Assembly: GCA_033763455.1 (NCBI GenBank)
Contig: JANRKO010000049.1
Span: 1-57,964, forward strand
Direction: 5' to 3'
Source of the DNA: Polyangiaceae bacterium
GTDB taxonomy: Bacteria; Myxococcota_A; Polyangia; Polyangiales; Polyangiaceae
Length of the DNA stretch: 57,964 nucleotides
The notes beneath the pieces are model-generated. The model saw only the letters and a program-made list of their open reading frames with translations. It searched no databases and was not told the origin of the DNA. The position numbers and the translations under genes were made by a program. Within the stretch, counting starts at the first letter, position 1. Every line of letters begins with the position of its first letter. Shown here in pieces: positions 31,701 through 41,088 of this stretch.

Positions 31701-31864
31701 TGCAAGAAACGGCGGCGCGCTGGAGTGCCAGGGGCCATATCCGGACCCTCCAGAGGTTCCGCAAATTCGTTTTCCAGCATTTTCTGGAACTTCGGATCGT
31801 TGTCGAGCTCAGCCAGGCTCCGCCAATAGGTTGGCTTTGGGTGCTTCTCGTTCATCGATGACAT
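28799..31864 (-). CDS. actB: Alternative complex III subunit ActB (molybdopterin-oxidoreductase-like plus Fe-S domain)
   Basis: YWRSL, Tat/lipo signal RRRFLQIMGASIALSGC, and Fe-S motifs CTGCSACITAC, CQQCENAPCEQVCP, CIGTRYCSANCP, KCTFC. Confidence 0.92.
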   Translation of the reverse strand: MSSMNEKHPKPTYWRSLAELDNDPKFQKMLENEFAEPLEGPDMAPGTPARRRFLQIMGASIALSGCRFKEDKLLAFSRRPEGVVPGESRQFATAVELNGVATGLLVTSYDGRPIKVTGNPLHPTSAGGASAFHQAAVLSVYDPDRSEGVTHLEGRARTASTRKKFEEFLVSERARWQANGSKFRVLASVSSSPSLASLRDRLLASFPGAKWVEYSAVETDNPEAGTALCFGKQHRAVYQLENARVVLSVHSDAAGATDPSGVIASRGLAQGRVPEGKPMSRVYAVESSLSLIGGIADHRLSMPACSAKAFLAALDAEVSKLLGEAGKGAQPVPSAKSLQAPATQKFIATLAKDLVANRGASVILAGNHLPAEAHAIAHRLNVLLDGVGKTVTYQELPLRERRSEALSGLLRDIAANAVETLVIIGENPVLTAPSDADFAGALSKVKTSIALTEFADETARLCTWHIPQAHALEAWGDGLAHDGTLTLSQPLIEPLHGGLSAIEFLALLVNDIKRDGLDIVRRTHAALLPSQKAWNKAVHDGLLPGSAPAPASVTLATLPAFALTESDLAEVGATNGKLELVLAADSKVYDGRFSNNAWLQELPEPLTKQTWGNAVWLSPATAKALGIGDGDLAKVSVSGKELTLPALYVPGQAEGSLRIPLGYGRHFAGHVGGHDDANVTPVGTNAYPLSTTATPFVLAGATIVRVDGRQEIATVQDLHAIDAIGQQGIDERRGLLLAETTLEKFEKEPDFAKHLVHHPPLESMWNDPVAYEGHKWGMAIDLNKCTGCSACITACQAENNIPVVGKDSVLMGREMLWLRVDRYFSGTPENPKLSFQPVPCQQCENAPCEQVCPVGATMHSHEGLNDMVYNRCIGTRYCSANCPYKVRRFNYLNFHLDKVEATPFQSVKDKKKLLMHMVFNPEVTVRARGVMEKCTFCVQRIQNVKIKAKNAKRAIADGEIKTACQETCPSQAISFGDLNDPTSAVAKDHALPRAYTILEELNNRPRVRYLARIRNPHPELG

Positions 31865-32502
31865 GTCGAGCAATCCTCTGGAGGTGCAATGTTGTTTTCG
31901 GCGCGGAGGCGTTTCCCGTAGGTCGCTTGATCCTCCGGCGGCTTCCAGCTCATGTTCGTAACCTCGCTCACGGGGCGCAGATGATTTTCCGGTGCGCGGT
32001 GGCAATCTAGGCACCACCCCATGCTGAGAGGTTCCTGCTGAAAAACCTCTTCCATCTGGTCTACCCGACCGTGACAGGAAACGCAGCCGATCCCGCGGGT
32101 CACGTGAGCGCTGTGGTTGAAGTAGGCGTAGTCCGGGAGGTCGTGGACTTTGACCCAAGGCACGGCTGTGTTGGTCGCGTAGCTCTCCCTAATCGGCAAA
32201 AGCTTGGGGCTATCCGGGTGCACGAGCTTGTGGCAGTTCATGCACGTTTCCGTAGGAGGAATGGCGGCATGGCCCGTTTGTTCCACTGTGTTGTGGCAGT
32301 AGCGGCAGTCGATTCCGAGCTCCCCCGCATGCAGCGCATGGCTGTAGGGCACCGGCTGCTTCGGTTGGTAACCCACGTCCGTGGTCTTGGGCGAAGCCCC
32401 GTACCAAATGAGCGCAGTCAGATACACGGGGGTGACGCCCAGAAAAACCCCGGCAAGTTGACGGGTTTTGTTGGCCCAGCGAGGGAACACAAACAGCTTC
32501 AT
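31852..32502 (-). CDS. actA: Alternative complex III pentaheme cytochrome c ActA
   Basis: Five CxxCH motifs (CRYCH, CMNCH, CVSCH, CLDCH, CSTCH), QPVPYSH and an N-terminal TM. Confidence 0.92.
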   Translation of the reverse strand: MKLFVFPRWANKTRQLAGVFLGVTPVYLTALIWYGASPKTTDVGYQPKQPVPYSHALHAGELGIDCRYCHNTVEQTGHAAIPPTETCMNCHKLVHPDSPKLLPIRESYATNTAVPWVKVHDLPDYAYFNHSAHVTRGIGCVSCHGRVDQMEEVFQQEPLSMGWCLDCHRAPENHLRPVSEVTNMSWKPPEDQATYGKRLRAENNIAPPEDCSTCHR

Positions 32503-33056
32503 CGTGGTTATGCTCGGTTGAGAAGCCGCACTTGACGGCGATACAAGGGAATGGAGTCCAACAAGAGTGCCCAAGGCGCGAGCATCACGCTCTCCTTCCC
32601 GGAGGCGCAGCTCGACGGGCTGGCCCTATCACAGAAGTGGCAGGGAGGGCGATAGGGGCCTGCCGTAGCGAACTTACGCGCTCTGGAACAGCCGAGGCTT
32701 CAGGGCAATGCGGCACAGGGAAGAAGATAAGAGTTCGCAGCCAAATTACCGACGCGTAGCGCGCCGTTCGCGCGCCTTATGTGGTGGCCCGGGACAAATG
32801 TAAATGGAAATTCCTGCGCGAATGGCAAAGTGCTCCAGATCCAGTCCATCCCCACGTGCGCGAGCAAGTTCGTTGGGACTCGTACTGCCCGAGGATGGCA
32901 GCGCATCGCAGAATCATCGGCTTGGCGGGCCCCCTGGTCTCCGGCTCGGCTCAGCGGCCAGGTCCGCTTGGGGCGCCTGCCAAGGAGATCAGGTCGACAT
33001 GTAGCGCCCGTTCCATGGGAGTCGGACGCGCGGGTGCTCCTTCGCATGGCGTCCCC

Positions 33057-33092
33057 AGAAAAAGAAACCCCCGCCACCAGGGCGGGGGTTTC
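33057..33092 (-). terminator. Intrinsic terminator downstream of the sigma factor gene
   Basis: 12-bp perfect stem GAAACCCCCGCC/GGCGGGGGTTTC with a 5-nt loop, followed by a T-run on the minus strand. Confidence 0.8.
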
Positions 33093-33160
33093 AGTTCGGT
33101 GGAACTTTGCGAATGTGTCCGGAGCAATCCGGCATCTCGGCAGCCGGATTGCGCGAGGGA

Positions 33161-34546
33161 TTAGTAGTCGCGCATTTGCTTGCGGATTTTCCCGATGGCT
33201 TGCTCTTGCAGCTGCCGAATTCGCTCCCGGGAGAGATTGTACTTATCCCCGATCTCTTTCAGCGTTAGCTCGTCTTCGTTGTCCAGGCCGAATCGCCAGC
33301 GAATGATGCGCGATTCAATCGGGGTCAATGTCGCGAGCAGACGCCGCACTTCGTCCGACCATTTCTGGCCAGCTAACGAGTCGTACGGCGACAGCGCATT
33401 CTCTTCCACGAGGAAGTCGATGAAACGTCGCCCATCTTCGTCGCCAACGGGGCGGTCAAGCGAAAATGGAGTTTCTGCGTAAAGGTCTTTAACCTTGTCC
33501 AGCTTATCGCGGGGGACGCCCGTTTCTTTCTCAAGCTCCTCGATGGAAGGCTCGTGCCCGGTACGCGCGATGATGGTCTGAGTCGCGCGGGCAACGCGAT
33601 TGTAAGTGTCCAACATGTGTACCGGGATGCGAACCGCCCGCCCTTTATCCGCCAGTGCACGGCTAATCGCGTGACGAATCCACCAAGAAGCGTAAGTTGA
33701 GAATCGATAACCGCGGGCGTGGTCGAAGCGCTCTACAGCCTTCATTAGCCCGATGTTGCCTTCTTGAATTAGATCAATCAGGGGCAGGCGTCCGCGGTTG
33801 TAGCGTCGAGCGATACTCACCACCAAGCGCAGGTTCGCTTTCACGAAGCGATTCTTCGCCTGTTGTTGGCGCATGTTGGTTGCCGTTATCGCCACAAGGA
33901 AGCGCTGGTACGCCGCTGTCTCCGGCAGTACCTCGCGTGGCGGCTCATCTGGGTGGGGAGGCTTCACCATTTCGCGCGCGATTCGGTAGGCATTGGCCAT
34001 CCACAATCGATCTGAATCCGCGAGCCGGATGGTCCGCGACAGCTCAGCGGTGCGTTGGAACCATCGCTCAGATTGCTCTGACGTTAGCTTGCCGCGCTGC
34101 TTGCGAGCCATTTCCAAAAGGTCGTTGAGCGCGACCATATGTGCAGGGTCCGGTCGATCTTCCTCGGGCGCGGCAGCAATGTCTGCGGCCAACTGTACGA
34201 GCTGGTACTCGGCCACGGCGGGGTAAGACAAAAGGGCCACCCAGTGGTTCACCTCGGCATCTTCAACGGCTTTGGCTGCGCGAAGCTCTTCTTCGGGCCC
34301 CATCACCTGGTGCGAAGCCATCTCTCGGAAGTAAAGAGAGAGTGTGGAGCCGCCGACAGTGTCTTCGGAATTAGCTGCCCGAGAAGGCTTTCCTTCTAGA
34401 GGAGCCTCCGACATTCGCGGCTCACGCCAATCCCCGCTAGGCGGAGGGAGCGTGTCTGGCCTGTTTCCCGGACGACTACGCTGCGGGCCGGCATCGAGAA
34501 ACCGTGGATTGAACTCGGAGCGGATGGCGTTGGCTGGTCGTGACAT
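33161..34546 (-). CDS. Sigma-70 family factor (RpoD-like regions 1.2-4; no obvious acidic region 1.1)
   Basis: [46 protein letters not shown] and TLKEIG..RERIRQ. Confidence 0.93.
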   Translation of the reverse strand: MSRPANAIRSEFNPRFLDAGPQRSRPGNRPDTLPPPSGDWREPRMSEAPLEGKPSRAANSEDTVGGSTLSLYFREMASHQVMGPEEELRAAKAVEDAEVNHWVALLSYPAVAEYQLVQLAADIAAAPEEDRPDPAHMVALNDLLEMARKQRGKLTSEQSERWFQRTAELSRTIRLADSDRLWMANAYRIAREMVKPPHPDEPPREVLPETAAYQRFLVAITATNMRQQQAKNRFVKANLRLVVSIARRYNRGRLPLIDLIQEGNIGLMKAVERFDHARGYRFSTYASWWIRHAISRALADKGRAVRIPVHMLDTYNRVARATQTIIARTGHEPSIEELEKETGVPRDKLDKVKDLYAETPFSLDRPVGDEDGRRFIDFLVEENALSPYDSLAGQKWSDEVRRLLATLTPIESRIIRWRFGLDNEDELTLKEIGDKYNLSRERIRQLQEQAIGKIRKQMRDY

Positions 34547-34764
34547 GGGTTTTGACTAGCTTTCAGTGGGAAGAAACGTCTCAACTGAAGAAATTCATTA
34601 GGGCGGCCGGGCGGCTGACTTTATTTAGGTACTGCTTACAGGGTTAACCGACAGGGGTAGGAAATGATTCCGGGAGCGATTTGTGTCGTTGACTGGTGCT
34701 GTGCGTGGGGCTAATGCCTAGCTGGGGAATTGGGGAAGAACTTCTGGACGGTCTCTGTCTCTGC

Positions 34765-34780
34765 TGCAATGTCCGTACCC
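34765..34780 (-). promoter_or_regulatory. Candidate sigma-54 (-24/-12) promoter for the sigma-70 gene
   Basis: Minus strand GGGTACGGACATTGCA has GG-N10-GC spacing and is close to consensus TGGCACG-N4-TTGCW. Confidence 0.6.
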
Positions 34781-34862
34781 GGCTGGTTGTGATCTGTGGA
34801 TTTTTCCCTGGCCGCTTATTGGGGCCCTGGAATAGGCCTCACCTAGGGATGAACGGCTTGAC

Positions 34863-34895
34863 CCCAACTTGCTGACGCAATTGGCTCAGGTTGGG
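34863..34895. promoter_or_regulatory. Imperfect palindrome, candidate enhancer-binding-protein site
   Basis: CCCAAC-TTG-CTGACGCAATTGGCTCAG-GTTGGG, about 100 bp upstream of the sigma-54-like motif. Confidence 0.4.
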
Positions 34896-35132
34896 ATTGT
34901 AGAGCCGAGGCGGCTTTTCCACGAGGTTCCCACGCCATGGGTCCCGAAGGTGAGCCGCTTACCTATTTAGTAGTGCAGAACGTCGGTCTCAGCTCATCGA
35001 ACGTCAAGGCCTGACGGGTGTTTGGTCCGTTGCAAACCCGACGATCTGCGCAACGTGGCACAGACCCCTGATCACGATGTCAGAGGGAGAGAGCATGGCT
35101 CCGCCAGGTGCCAGGATGGCTTGCCCTGGCAG

Positions 35133-36209
35133 TCAGAACTGCGAGAGGAAGCGTGGGTTGTTCTCGAAGAGAAGCCGAATGTCTGGGATTCCGTAACGCA
35201 ACATGGCAACGCGTTCGACACCAAGACCAAACGCAAACCCGGTGTAACGCTCTGCGTCGATTCCGCACTGGCGGAAGACCTCAGGATGAATCATCCCGCA
35301 GCCAAGGATCTCAAGCCAACCGGTGCCCTTGCAAACACGGCAGGTGGAGCGCGTTCCGTCCGTGGGGCTGCAGAACACACAACCCACATCTACTTCCGCC
35401 CCAGGTTCGACGAACGGGAAGTAGCTCGGGCGAAAGCGCACCGGTGTGTCGGCGCCATACAGGCGTTGGGCGAACTCTATCAGCACGCCCTTCAGCTCCG
35501 CGAAACTCACTCGCTCTGCGACGCGAAACCCTTCGATCTGATGGAACATCGGTGAATGGGTGACATCGTCGTCGCGCCGGTAAACGGCTCCACCGCTCAC
35601 CACCGCCATGGGGGGCGTACGCGTGCTCATTTGCCGCACTTGAACGTTGCTCGTGTGCGTGCGGAGCAAGGCTCGCTGCCCAGTGGGCGCACCCGCGACG
35701 TCCACCCAAAAACTGTCCTGCATGTCGGTGGCGGGGTGGTCCGGTGGGAAGGCGAGCTTCTCGAAGTTGTTGGCCTCAAGCTCAACCTGTGGCCCCCACG
35801 CAATCTCAAATCCGAGTGAGGCAAAGATCTCTAAGATCTCGTCGCGTACTCGTGTGATCGGGTGGCGATGCCCCTCTGGGGCCCCAAACCGAGCAGGTAG
35901 GGTGAGATCTTCGGGTCGACCACCCAAAGCCGCGTCACGTTCGAGCTTCTTTATTTCCGCTAAACGGGCCTCGAATGCGAGCTCAACCAATTCGCGGATT
36001 TCGTTGACTCGCTCCCCAACTGCCTTGCGTTGATCCGCTGGCACTTCTGCCATGCCCCGCAAAAGAGCCGTAAGATGCCCTTTTTTACCCAAAAACTCGG
36101 CACGCGCTCCTCTTAGCTCAAGCTCAGAAGTCGCCGCGGCAAAGCTCTGCCGAGCGCGGCTGGGGGCTTCCCCAAGGGCCACGCTCAGTGACATTTCTGA
36201 GTCTGACAC
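35133..36209 (-). CDS. pheS: Phenylalanine-tRNA ligase alpha subunit
   Basis: HPATDMQDSF, LLRTHTS, HSPMFHQIEG, RFRPSYFPFVEP and GFAFGLGVER. Confidence 0.97.
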   Translation of the reverse strand: MSDSEMSLSVALGEAPSRARQSFAAATSELELRGARAEFLGKKGHLTALLRGMAEVPADQRKAVGERVNEIRELVELAFEARLAEIKKLERDAALGGRPEDLTLPARFGAPEGHRHPITRVRDEILEIFASLGFEIAWGPQVELEANNFEKLAFPPDHPATDMQDSFWVDVAGAPTGQRALLRTHTSNVQVRQMSTRTPPMAVVSGGAVYRRDDDVTHSPMFHQIEGFRVAERVSFAELKGVLIEFAQRLYGADTPVRFRPSYFPFVEPGAEVDVGCVFCSPTDGTRSTCRVCKGTGWLEILGCGMIHPEVFRQCGIDAERYTGFAFGLGVERVAMLRYGIPDIRLLFENNPRFLSQF

Positions 36210-36226
36210 GCGAGAACGATTCTCAG

Positions 36227-36577
36227 TTAGTTAGACTGGGCGGCGAGCTGGGTCAGTTCTTTGAACGCAGGCACGTCATTGACGGCCAAGTCGGCCAAGA
36301 CCTTCCGATCGACCTCAATGCCAGCCTTCTTCAGGCCGCCCATGAACTTGGAGTAGCTGACCCCGTGGTCACGGCAAGCTGCGTTAATACGTACGATCCA
36401 CAGCCTGCGAAAGTCCCGCTTGCGGAGCTTGCGGCCCACGTAGGCGTACTGCCATGACTTAAAGAGGCAGCGCACCGCCTGACGGTAGACATTCTTTCGA
36501 CCACCCCAGAAACCCTCGGTTTGGTCAAAAACTCGATTGTGACGGCGACGGGGCCCAGGTCCGCGTTTGACGCGCAT
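36227..36577 (-). CDS. rplT: 50S ribosomal protein L20
   Basis: [22 protein letters not shown] and [10 protein letters not shown]. Confidence 0.97.
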   Translation of the reverse strand: MRVKRGPGPRRRHNRVFDQTEGFWGGRKNVYRQAVRCLFKSWQYAYVGRKLRKRDFRRLWIVRINAACRDHGVSYSKFMGGLKKAGIEVDRKVLADLAVNDVPAFKELTQLAAQSN

Positions 36578-36601
36578 TGCTCATTACCTCCAAAAAAAGC
36601 T

Positions 36602-36799
36602 TCAGCCGTAAGGCAGTAGGATCTTCACTCTGTGTTCCATCGCAGAGTCGACCATGTCGTTATTGCGAAGGCGACGACGACGTTTGCGCGACTTGCCATT
36701 GAGGCAGTGCTGCCCGCCGCACTTGGGGCGACGAACTCGCCCGCTGCCAGATACACGGAAACGCTTTGCGGCAGCGCGGTTCGTTTTCATCTTGGGCAT
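36602..36799 (-). CDS. rpmI: 50S ribosomal protein L35
   Basis: MPKMKTNRAAAKRF...LLPY, upstream of rplT. Confidence 0.97.
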   Translation of the reverse strand: MPKMKTNRAAAKRFRVSGSGRVRRPKCGGQHCLNGKSRKRRRRLRNNDMVDSAMEHRVKILLPYG

Positions 36800-37128
36800 C
36801 TTCTAAGGCCTTTCCTTTGAACGCGTCGATTTCTCCAGCCGGGCCAGCGTGCTCGGGCGCGACTGAGGGGCCGCGTATATGGCGGAACGTGTTCCGCGAG
36901 TCAAGCACGGTTCTCGGCCCGAAAAAACACTGCGGACCTGTACAGTCCGTGATCAGCGGGGGCCCGACTTCCAGCCCTAGCAGATTGCGGGCAAATCCGG
37001 CGATCCCGGGGCCTGGCTGAGCCCTCCAATGCGGGCTTGGTGCTCAAACCGCGCCCGTCGCCTCCCTCAGCTTGAGTGCACCACCATCGGTAGAGTCTCT
37101 GGGTACGGCTGTGCTAAGGGCGCTCCCG

Positions 37129-40100
37129 GTGCCGCGTCGAACTGATATAAACAAGATCCTTCTCATCGGCTCTGGTCCAATTGTGATCGGCCAAGCCTGT
37201 GAGTTTGACTACTCGGGAACTCAAGGGGCCAAGGCGCTTAGCGGCCTTGGTTACGATGTCGTGCTCGTTAACTCGAATCCGGCAACGATCATGACGGATC
37301 CTGAGCTCGTGAGGCGAACCTACATTGAGCCACTTACCGTGGCGACTTTGGAGGCCATCATCGAGCGAGAGCGCCCGGACGCGTTGCTTCCGACTTTGGG
37401 TGGGCAAACAGCGCTTAACCTCGCACTTGAATTGAACGAGCGCGGAGTGCTTTCGCGCCACGGCGTCAAGCTCATTGGCGCGCAGGTGGATGCGATTCGA
37501 AAAGCCGAAGATCGAGTGCTGTTCAAAGAGGCCATGGCGGCCATCGGCCTTGAATGTCCACGGAGTGGATACGCACGCACGGTGGAAGATGCCCGGCGCG
37601 TGGTCCAGGATACCGGCTATCCGGTTATCTTGCGCCCGAGCTTTACGATGGGTGGTTCCGGTGGGGCCGTTGTGGATGATCCCAATGAGCTTGATGAGAA
37701 GGTAGCTTGGGCGCTCCAGCAATCCCCCACCCACGAAGTGCTGGTGGAAGAGAGTGTTATTGGCTGGAAGGAGTATGAGCTGGAGGTTATCCGTGACGCT
37801 GCGGACAATTTCGTAGTTATCTGTACGATCGAGAATATCGATCCGATGGGCGTGCACACGGGGGACTCGGTGACGGTGGCTCCGGCGATGACCTTGACGG
37901 ACCGAGAATACCAGCGATTGCGCGATGCTTCGCGCTTGGTGATGCGTGAGATAGGCGTCGAAACCGGGGGTTCTAACGTTCAATTTGCGGTCGATCCTAA
38001 GACAGGCCGCATGCTCGTTATTGAAATGAATCCGCGAGTTTCGCGTTCAAGTGCCCTGGCTTCCAAAGCGACGGGTTATCCGATTGCCAAAGTGGCCGCC
38101 AAGCTTGCCGTTGGGCTCACGCTCGATGAACTTGAAAACGATATCACCGGCACAAGTGCAGCATTCGAGCCTACGATCGACTATGTGATCGTTAAGTGGC
38201 CTCGCTTCGCTTTTGAGAAGTTTGTGGGTTCAGACAATCGCCTCGGAACTCAGATGAAGAGTGTCGGCGAGGCGATGAGCGTGGGGCGAACCTTCGCTGA
38301 AGCTTTCCAAAAAGCCACCCGCTCGCTCGAAACGGGTAAGGTGGGCTTCGTGAGCCTTCTGGACCGTGTGGACTACCGCACCGTAAAAACGGGCCCCACA
38401 GGCAAGCGCGATTTAACGCTCGATGCTCCACCGCAAGCCGAAGTGCCCCAGGTGCTCCCTCCCGCAACGAAGGACGAAATTCGCACGGCACTTGAGCGGC
38501 TCATTCAGGTTCCCACGGCTGAGCGTCTGTTCTACGTGGGGGACGCGCTTCGGATCGGGATTTCCGAGCAGCGTGTTACCGACCTTACCGGAATTGATCC
38601 GTGGTTTGTGAATCAATTCCAGCGCATCGTCGATCAAGAACGCGAACTTCAGGCCGTACCGGTGGTTGACCGAGAGTTGCTTCTGGAGAGCAAACGGCTC
38701 GGGTTTAGCGACGCGCAGATTGCCTCCCTTCGAGGAGAGAATGAAGCCGATATCCGAAAGCGCCGCGAAAGCATGTCGCTTTTTGCGATGTATAATCGCG
38801 TAGATACATGTGCAGCTGAGTTTGTTGCTCGCACGCCTTACCTCTACTCAAGTTACGAAAGCGCATCCGAGTCCGAGGTAAGCGGGAAGAAGAAAGTCAT
38901 CATCCTGGGCGGTGGTCCCAATCGCATCGGGCAGGGCATTGAGTTCGATTATTGCTGTTGTCACGCCGTCTACGCTCTGCGTGAGCTGGGGATTGAGACC
39001 ATCATGGTCAATTGCAATCCCGAAACGGTGTCGACCGATTACGATACGTCGGACCGTCTATATTTTGAGCCGCTCACCCTGGAAGACGTGCTCTCAATCG
39101 CTCGCGAAGAAGCCCAGTCAGGTGAACTGCTGGGAGTGATCGTGCAGTTTGGTGGGCAGACGCCGCTGCGCCTCAGCGTGCCTTTGGAGGCCGCCGGGGT
39201 GAGGCTTCTGGGCACCAGCGCTGACGCCATTGATCGCGCTGAAGATCGCCGCCGGTTCGAGGAGCTGCTCACCAAGCTCGGCCTGTTGCGTCCACGGGCC
39301 GGTATCGCCCGGGGACTTGATCAAGCTCGCGCGATTGCCAAAGACATCGGTTACCCCGTCTTGGTGCGTCCGTCTTACGTCCTGGGTGGTCGTGCGATGA
39401 TGGTATGTTGGGGCGATTCGGAGCTCGACGCCTATGTGGGGCTCGCGCTCGAAGCTGCCCGACAAGAAGGTGGCTCAGAGAATCTGCTCATTGATCAGTT
39501 TCTTAAGAACGCGATTGAAGTCGACGTGGACTGCGTCTCAGACGGAAAACGCGCCGTAATTGGGGGGGTGATGCAGCACATTGAAGAAGCGGGCGTCCAT
39601 TCGGGGGATTCCACGAGTGTGCTTCCGCCGCATTCGCTACCTCCGGAGGTGGTGGCCAAAATTGAACAGAGTACGCGTGCTTTGGCCCTAGAGCTGGGCG
39701 TCGTGGGCTTGATGAATGTGCAGTTCGCTGTGAAGGACAATACCGTCTACGTGATCGAGGTGAATCCGCGCGCCTCACGTACTGTGCCCTTTGTCTCGAA
39801 AGCCACGGGCCGGCCTTTGGCGAAGATTGCCGCCAAGGTGATGGTTGGCAAATCCCTCGATGAACAGGGCGTGTTTGATGAGCCGCTGCCAACGCATGTT
39901 GCCGTGAAGGAATCCGTCTTCCCCTTCGGAAAGTTTCCTGGAGTAGATACGATCCTTGGGCCCGAAATGCGTTCCACAGGCGAAGTTATGGGCGTTGCCA
40001 CCTCCTTTGCGCTCGCGTTCAGCAAATCCCTTGCTGCGGCTGGAGTCACGCTTCCTAGCCGCGGGCGTGTGTTTATCAGCGTGAAGAACGACGACAAAGC

Positions 40101-40488
40101 CACTGCGTGCCATGTCGCGCGCCGCTTGCGGAACTTAGGATTTGAGATTGTGGCGACTCAGGGCACAGCCAAACTTCTGGAGAGCGCGCGGATCCCTGTG
40201 GAGCGAGTTAATAAGGTTCTCGAGGGCTCGCCGCACATTGTAGATGCGATGCGTGGCGGTAGCATTCAGCTGGTTATCAACACCACCGAAGGCGTTCAGG
40301 CGATCCGCGACAGTTACTCGCTTCGCCGCAACGCGCTGCTCTCGAACATTCCATACTTCACCACCATGGCGGCTGGTGCAGCCGTCGCGGATGCCCTCGA
40401 AGTTGAGGCGCTGTTCGAAGGCCAGCGAACCCAGGTACGGAGCGTCCAAGAATGGCACGCGCGTTCCCGGAGTGCGGAACGAGGGTGA
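37129..40488 (+). CDS. carB: Carbamoyl-phosphate synthase large subunit
   Basis: [40 protein letters not shown] and EVNPRASRT plus MGS domain; start at GTG-PRRTDI. Confidence 0.98.
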   Translation: MPRRTDINKILLIGSGPIVIGQACEFDYSGTQGAKALSGLGYDVVLVNSNPATIMTDPELVRRTYIEPLTVATLEAIIERERPDALLPTLGGQTALNLALELNERGVLSRHGVKLIGAQVDAIRKAEDRVLFKEAMAAIGLECPRSGYARTVEDARRVVQDTGYPVILRPSFTMGGSGGAVVDDPNELDEKVAWALQQSPTHEVLVEESVIGWKEYELEVIRDAADNFVVICTIENIDPMGVHTGDSVTVAPAMTLTDREYQRLRDASRLVMREIGVETGGSNVQFAVDPKTGRMLVIEMNPRVSRSSALASKATGYPIAKVAAKLAVGLTLDELENDITGTSAAFEPTIDYVIVKWPRFAFEKFVGSDNRLGTQMKSVGEAMSVGRTFAEAFQKATRSLETGKVGFVSLLDRVDYRTVKTGPTGKRDLTLDAPPQAEVPQVLPPATKDEIRTALERLIQVPTAERLFYVGDALRIGISEQRVTDLTGIDPWFVNQFQRIVDQERELQAVPVVDRELLLESKRLGFSDAQIASLRGENEADIRKRRESMSLFAMYNRVDTCAAEFVARTPYLYSSYESASESEVSGKKKVIILGGGPNRIGQGIEFDYCCCHAVYALRELGIETIMVNCNPETVSTDYDTSDRLYFEPLTLEDVLSIAREEAQSGELLGVIVQFGGQTPLRLSVPLEAAGVRLLGTSADAIDRAEDRRRFEELLTKLGLLRPRAGIARGLDQARAIAKDIGYPVLVRPSYVLGGRAMMVCWGDSELDAYVGLALEAARQEGGSENLLIDQFLKNAIEVDVDCVSDGKRAVIGGVMQHIEEAGVHSGDSTSVLPPHSLPPEVVAKIEQSTRALALELGVVGLMNVQFAVKDNTVYVIEVNPRASRTVPFVSKATGRPLAKIAAKVMVGKSLDEQGVFDEPLPTHVAVKESVFPFGKFPGVDTILGPEMRSTGEVMGVATSFALAFSKSLAAAGVTLPSRGRVFISVKNDDKATACHVARRLRNLGFEIVATQGTAKLLESARIPVERVNKVLEGSPHIVDAMRGGSIQLVINTTEGVQAIRDSYSLRRNALLSNIPYFTTMAAGAAVADALEVEALFEGQRTQVRSVQEWHARSRSAERG

Positions 40489-40590
40489 GCCCGTCTCCGT
40501 GATGCGGCCGCTGGGGCTCAGAAAAGCCAACGTGTAGGCGTTTTAGCCACCAATGTCGCCGTTTCGGTCCACTTGCGCTAACTTGGCGCC

Positions 40591-41088
40591 GTGGTGAAGC
40601 GCTACCCACTCGAGACACTGGAGACGCTCAAGCGGCGGGCTCAGCAAGCTAAAGCCAACGAGCTCTTGCACCACAAGCGCGAGCTCGCGAATCGCGAGCG
40701 CGAGCTCGAAGTAGCCCAGGAAATCCTGATGGAGGCGCGAAAAGCAGCAGAAGAGCTGCGAGCCCACGAGCAGGCGCACCTGGCCAGCGGTGAGCTTCGT
40801 ATTCGGGATATTGCGCTCGCCGAGGCCTTTGAGGCGACACAGTCGCGGATAGAAGCTGAGCTTAAGGGGCGTGCGGAAGCTGTAGCAAGCGAGGTTGGCT
40901 CAGCAGAGGCGCAGGTGCAACGCGCCGAGCGAGCGCTACGCCGGAGTGGTGTCGAACTCTTGAGTGTGGAAGCTCACCGGGAGCGCTGGCGAGCCCAGGT
41001 TGAGGCTCGTGCCGAATCGGTGTCTGAAGACGATGCTCTGGACGTTGCCAATAATCTGCGTGCTAACCGCGGAGGAAGCAACGCGTGA
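40591..41088 (+). CDS. Coiled-coil protein, FliJ/YscO-like
   Basis: 165 aa, N-terminal YPLETL..R pattern, long charged helices and late E..EDD; stop overlaps the next start (GTGA). Confidence 0.5.
   Translation: MVKRYPLETLETLKRRAQQAKANELLHHKRELANRERELEVAQEILMEARKAAEELRAHEQAHLASGELRIRDIALAEAFEATQSRIEAELKGRAEAVASEVGSAEAQVQRAERALRRSGVELLSVEAHRERWRAQVEARAESVSEDDALDVANNLRANRGGSNA

Noticed and set aside
32503..33056. Short ORFs or regulator boxes upstream of actA
   Set aside because: No recognisable protein motifs and no binding-site consensus I can support; treated as promoter region
36800..37128. L20 leader RNA upstream of rpmI
   Set aside because: No structure or consensus I could identify by eye
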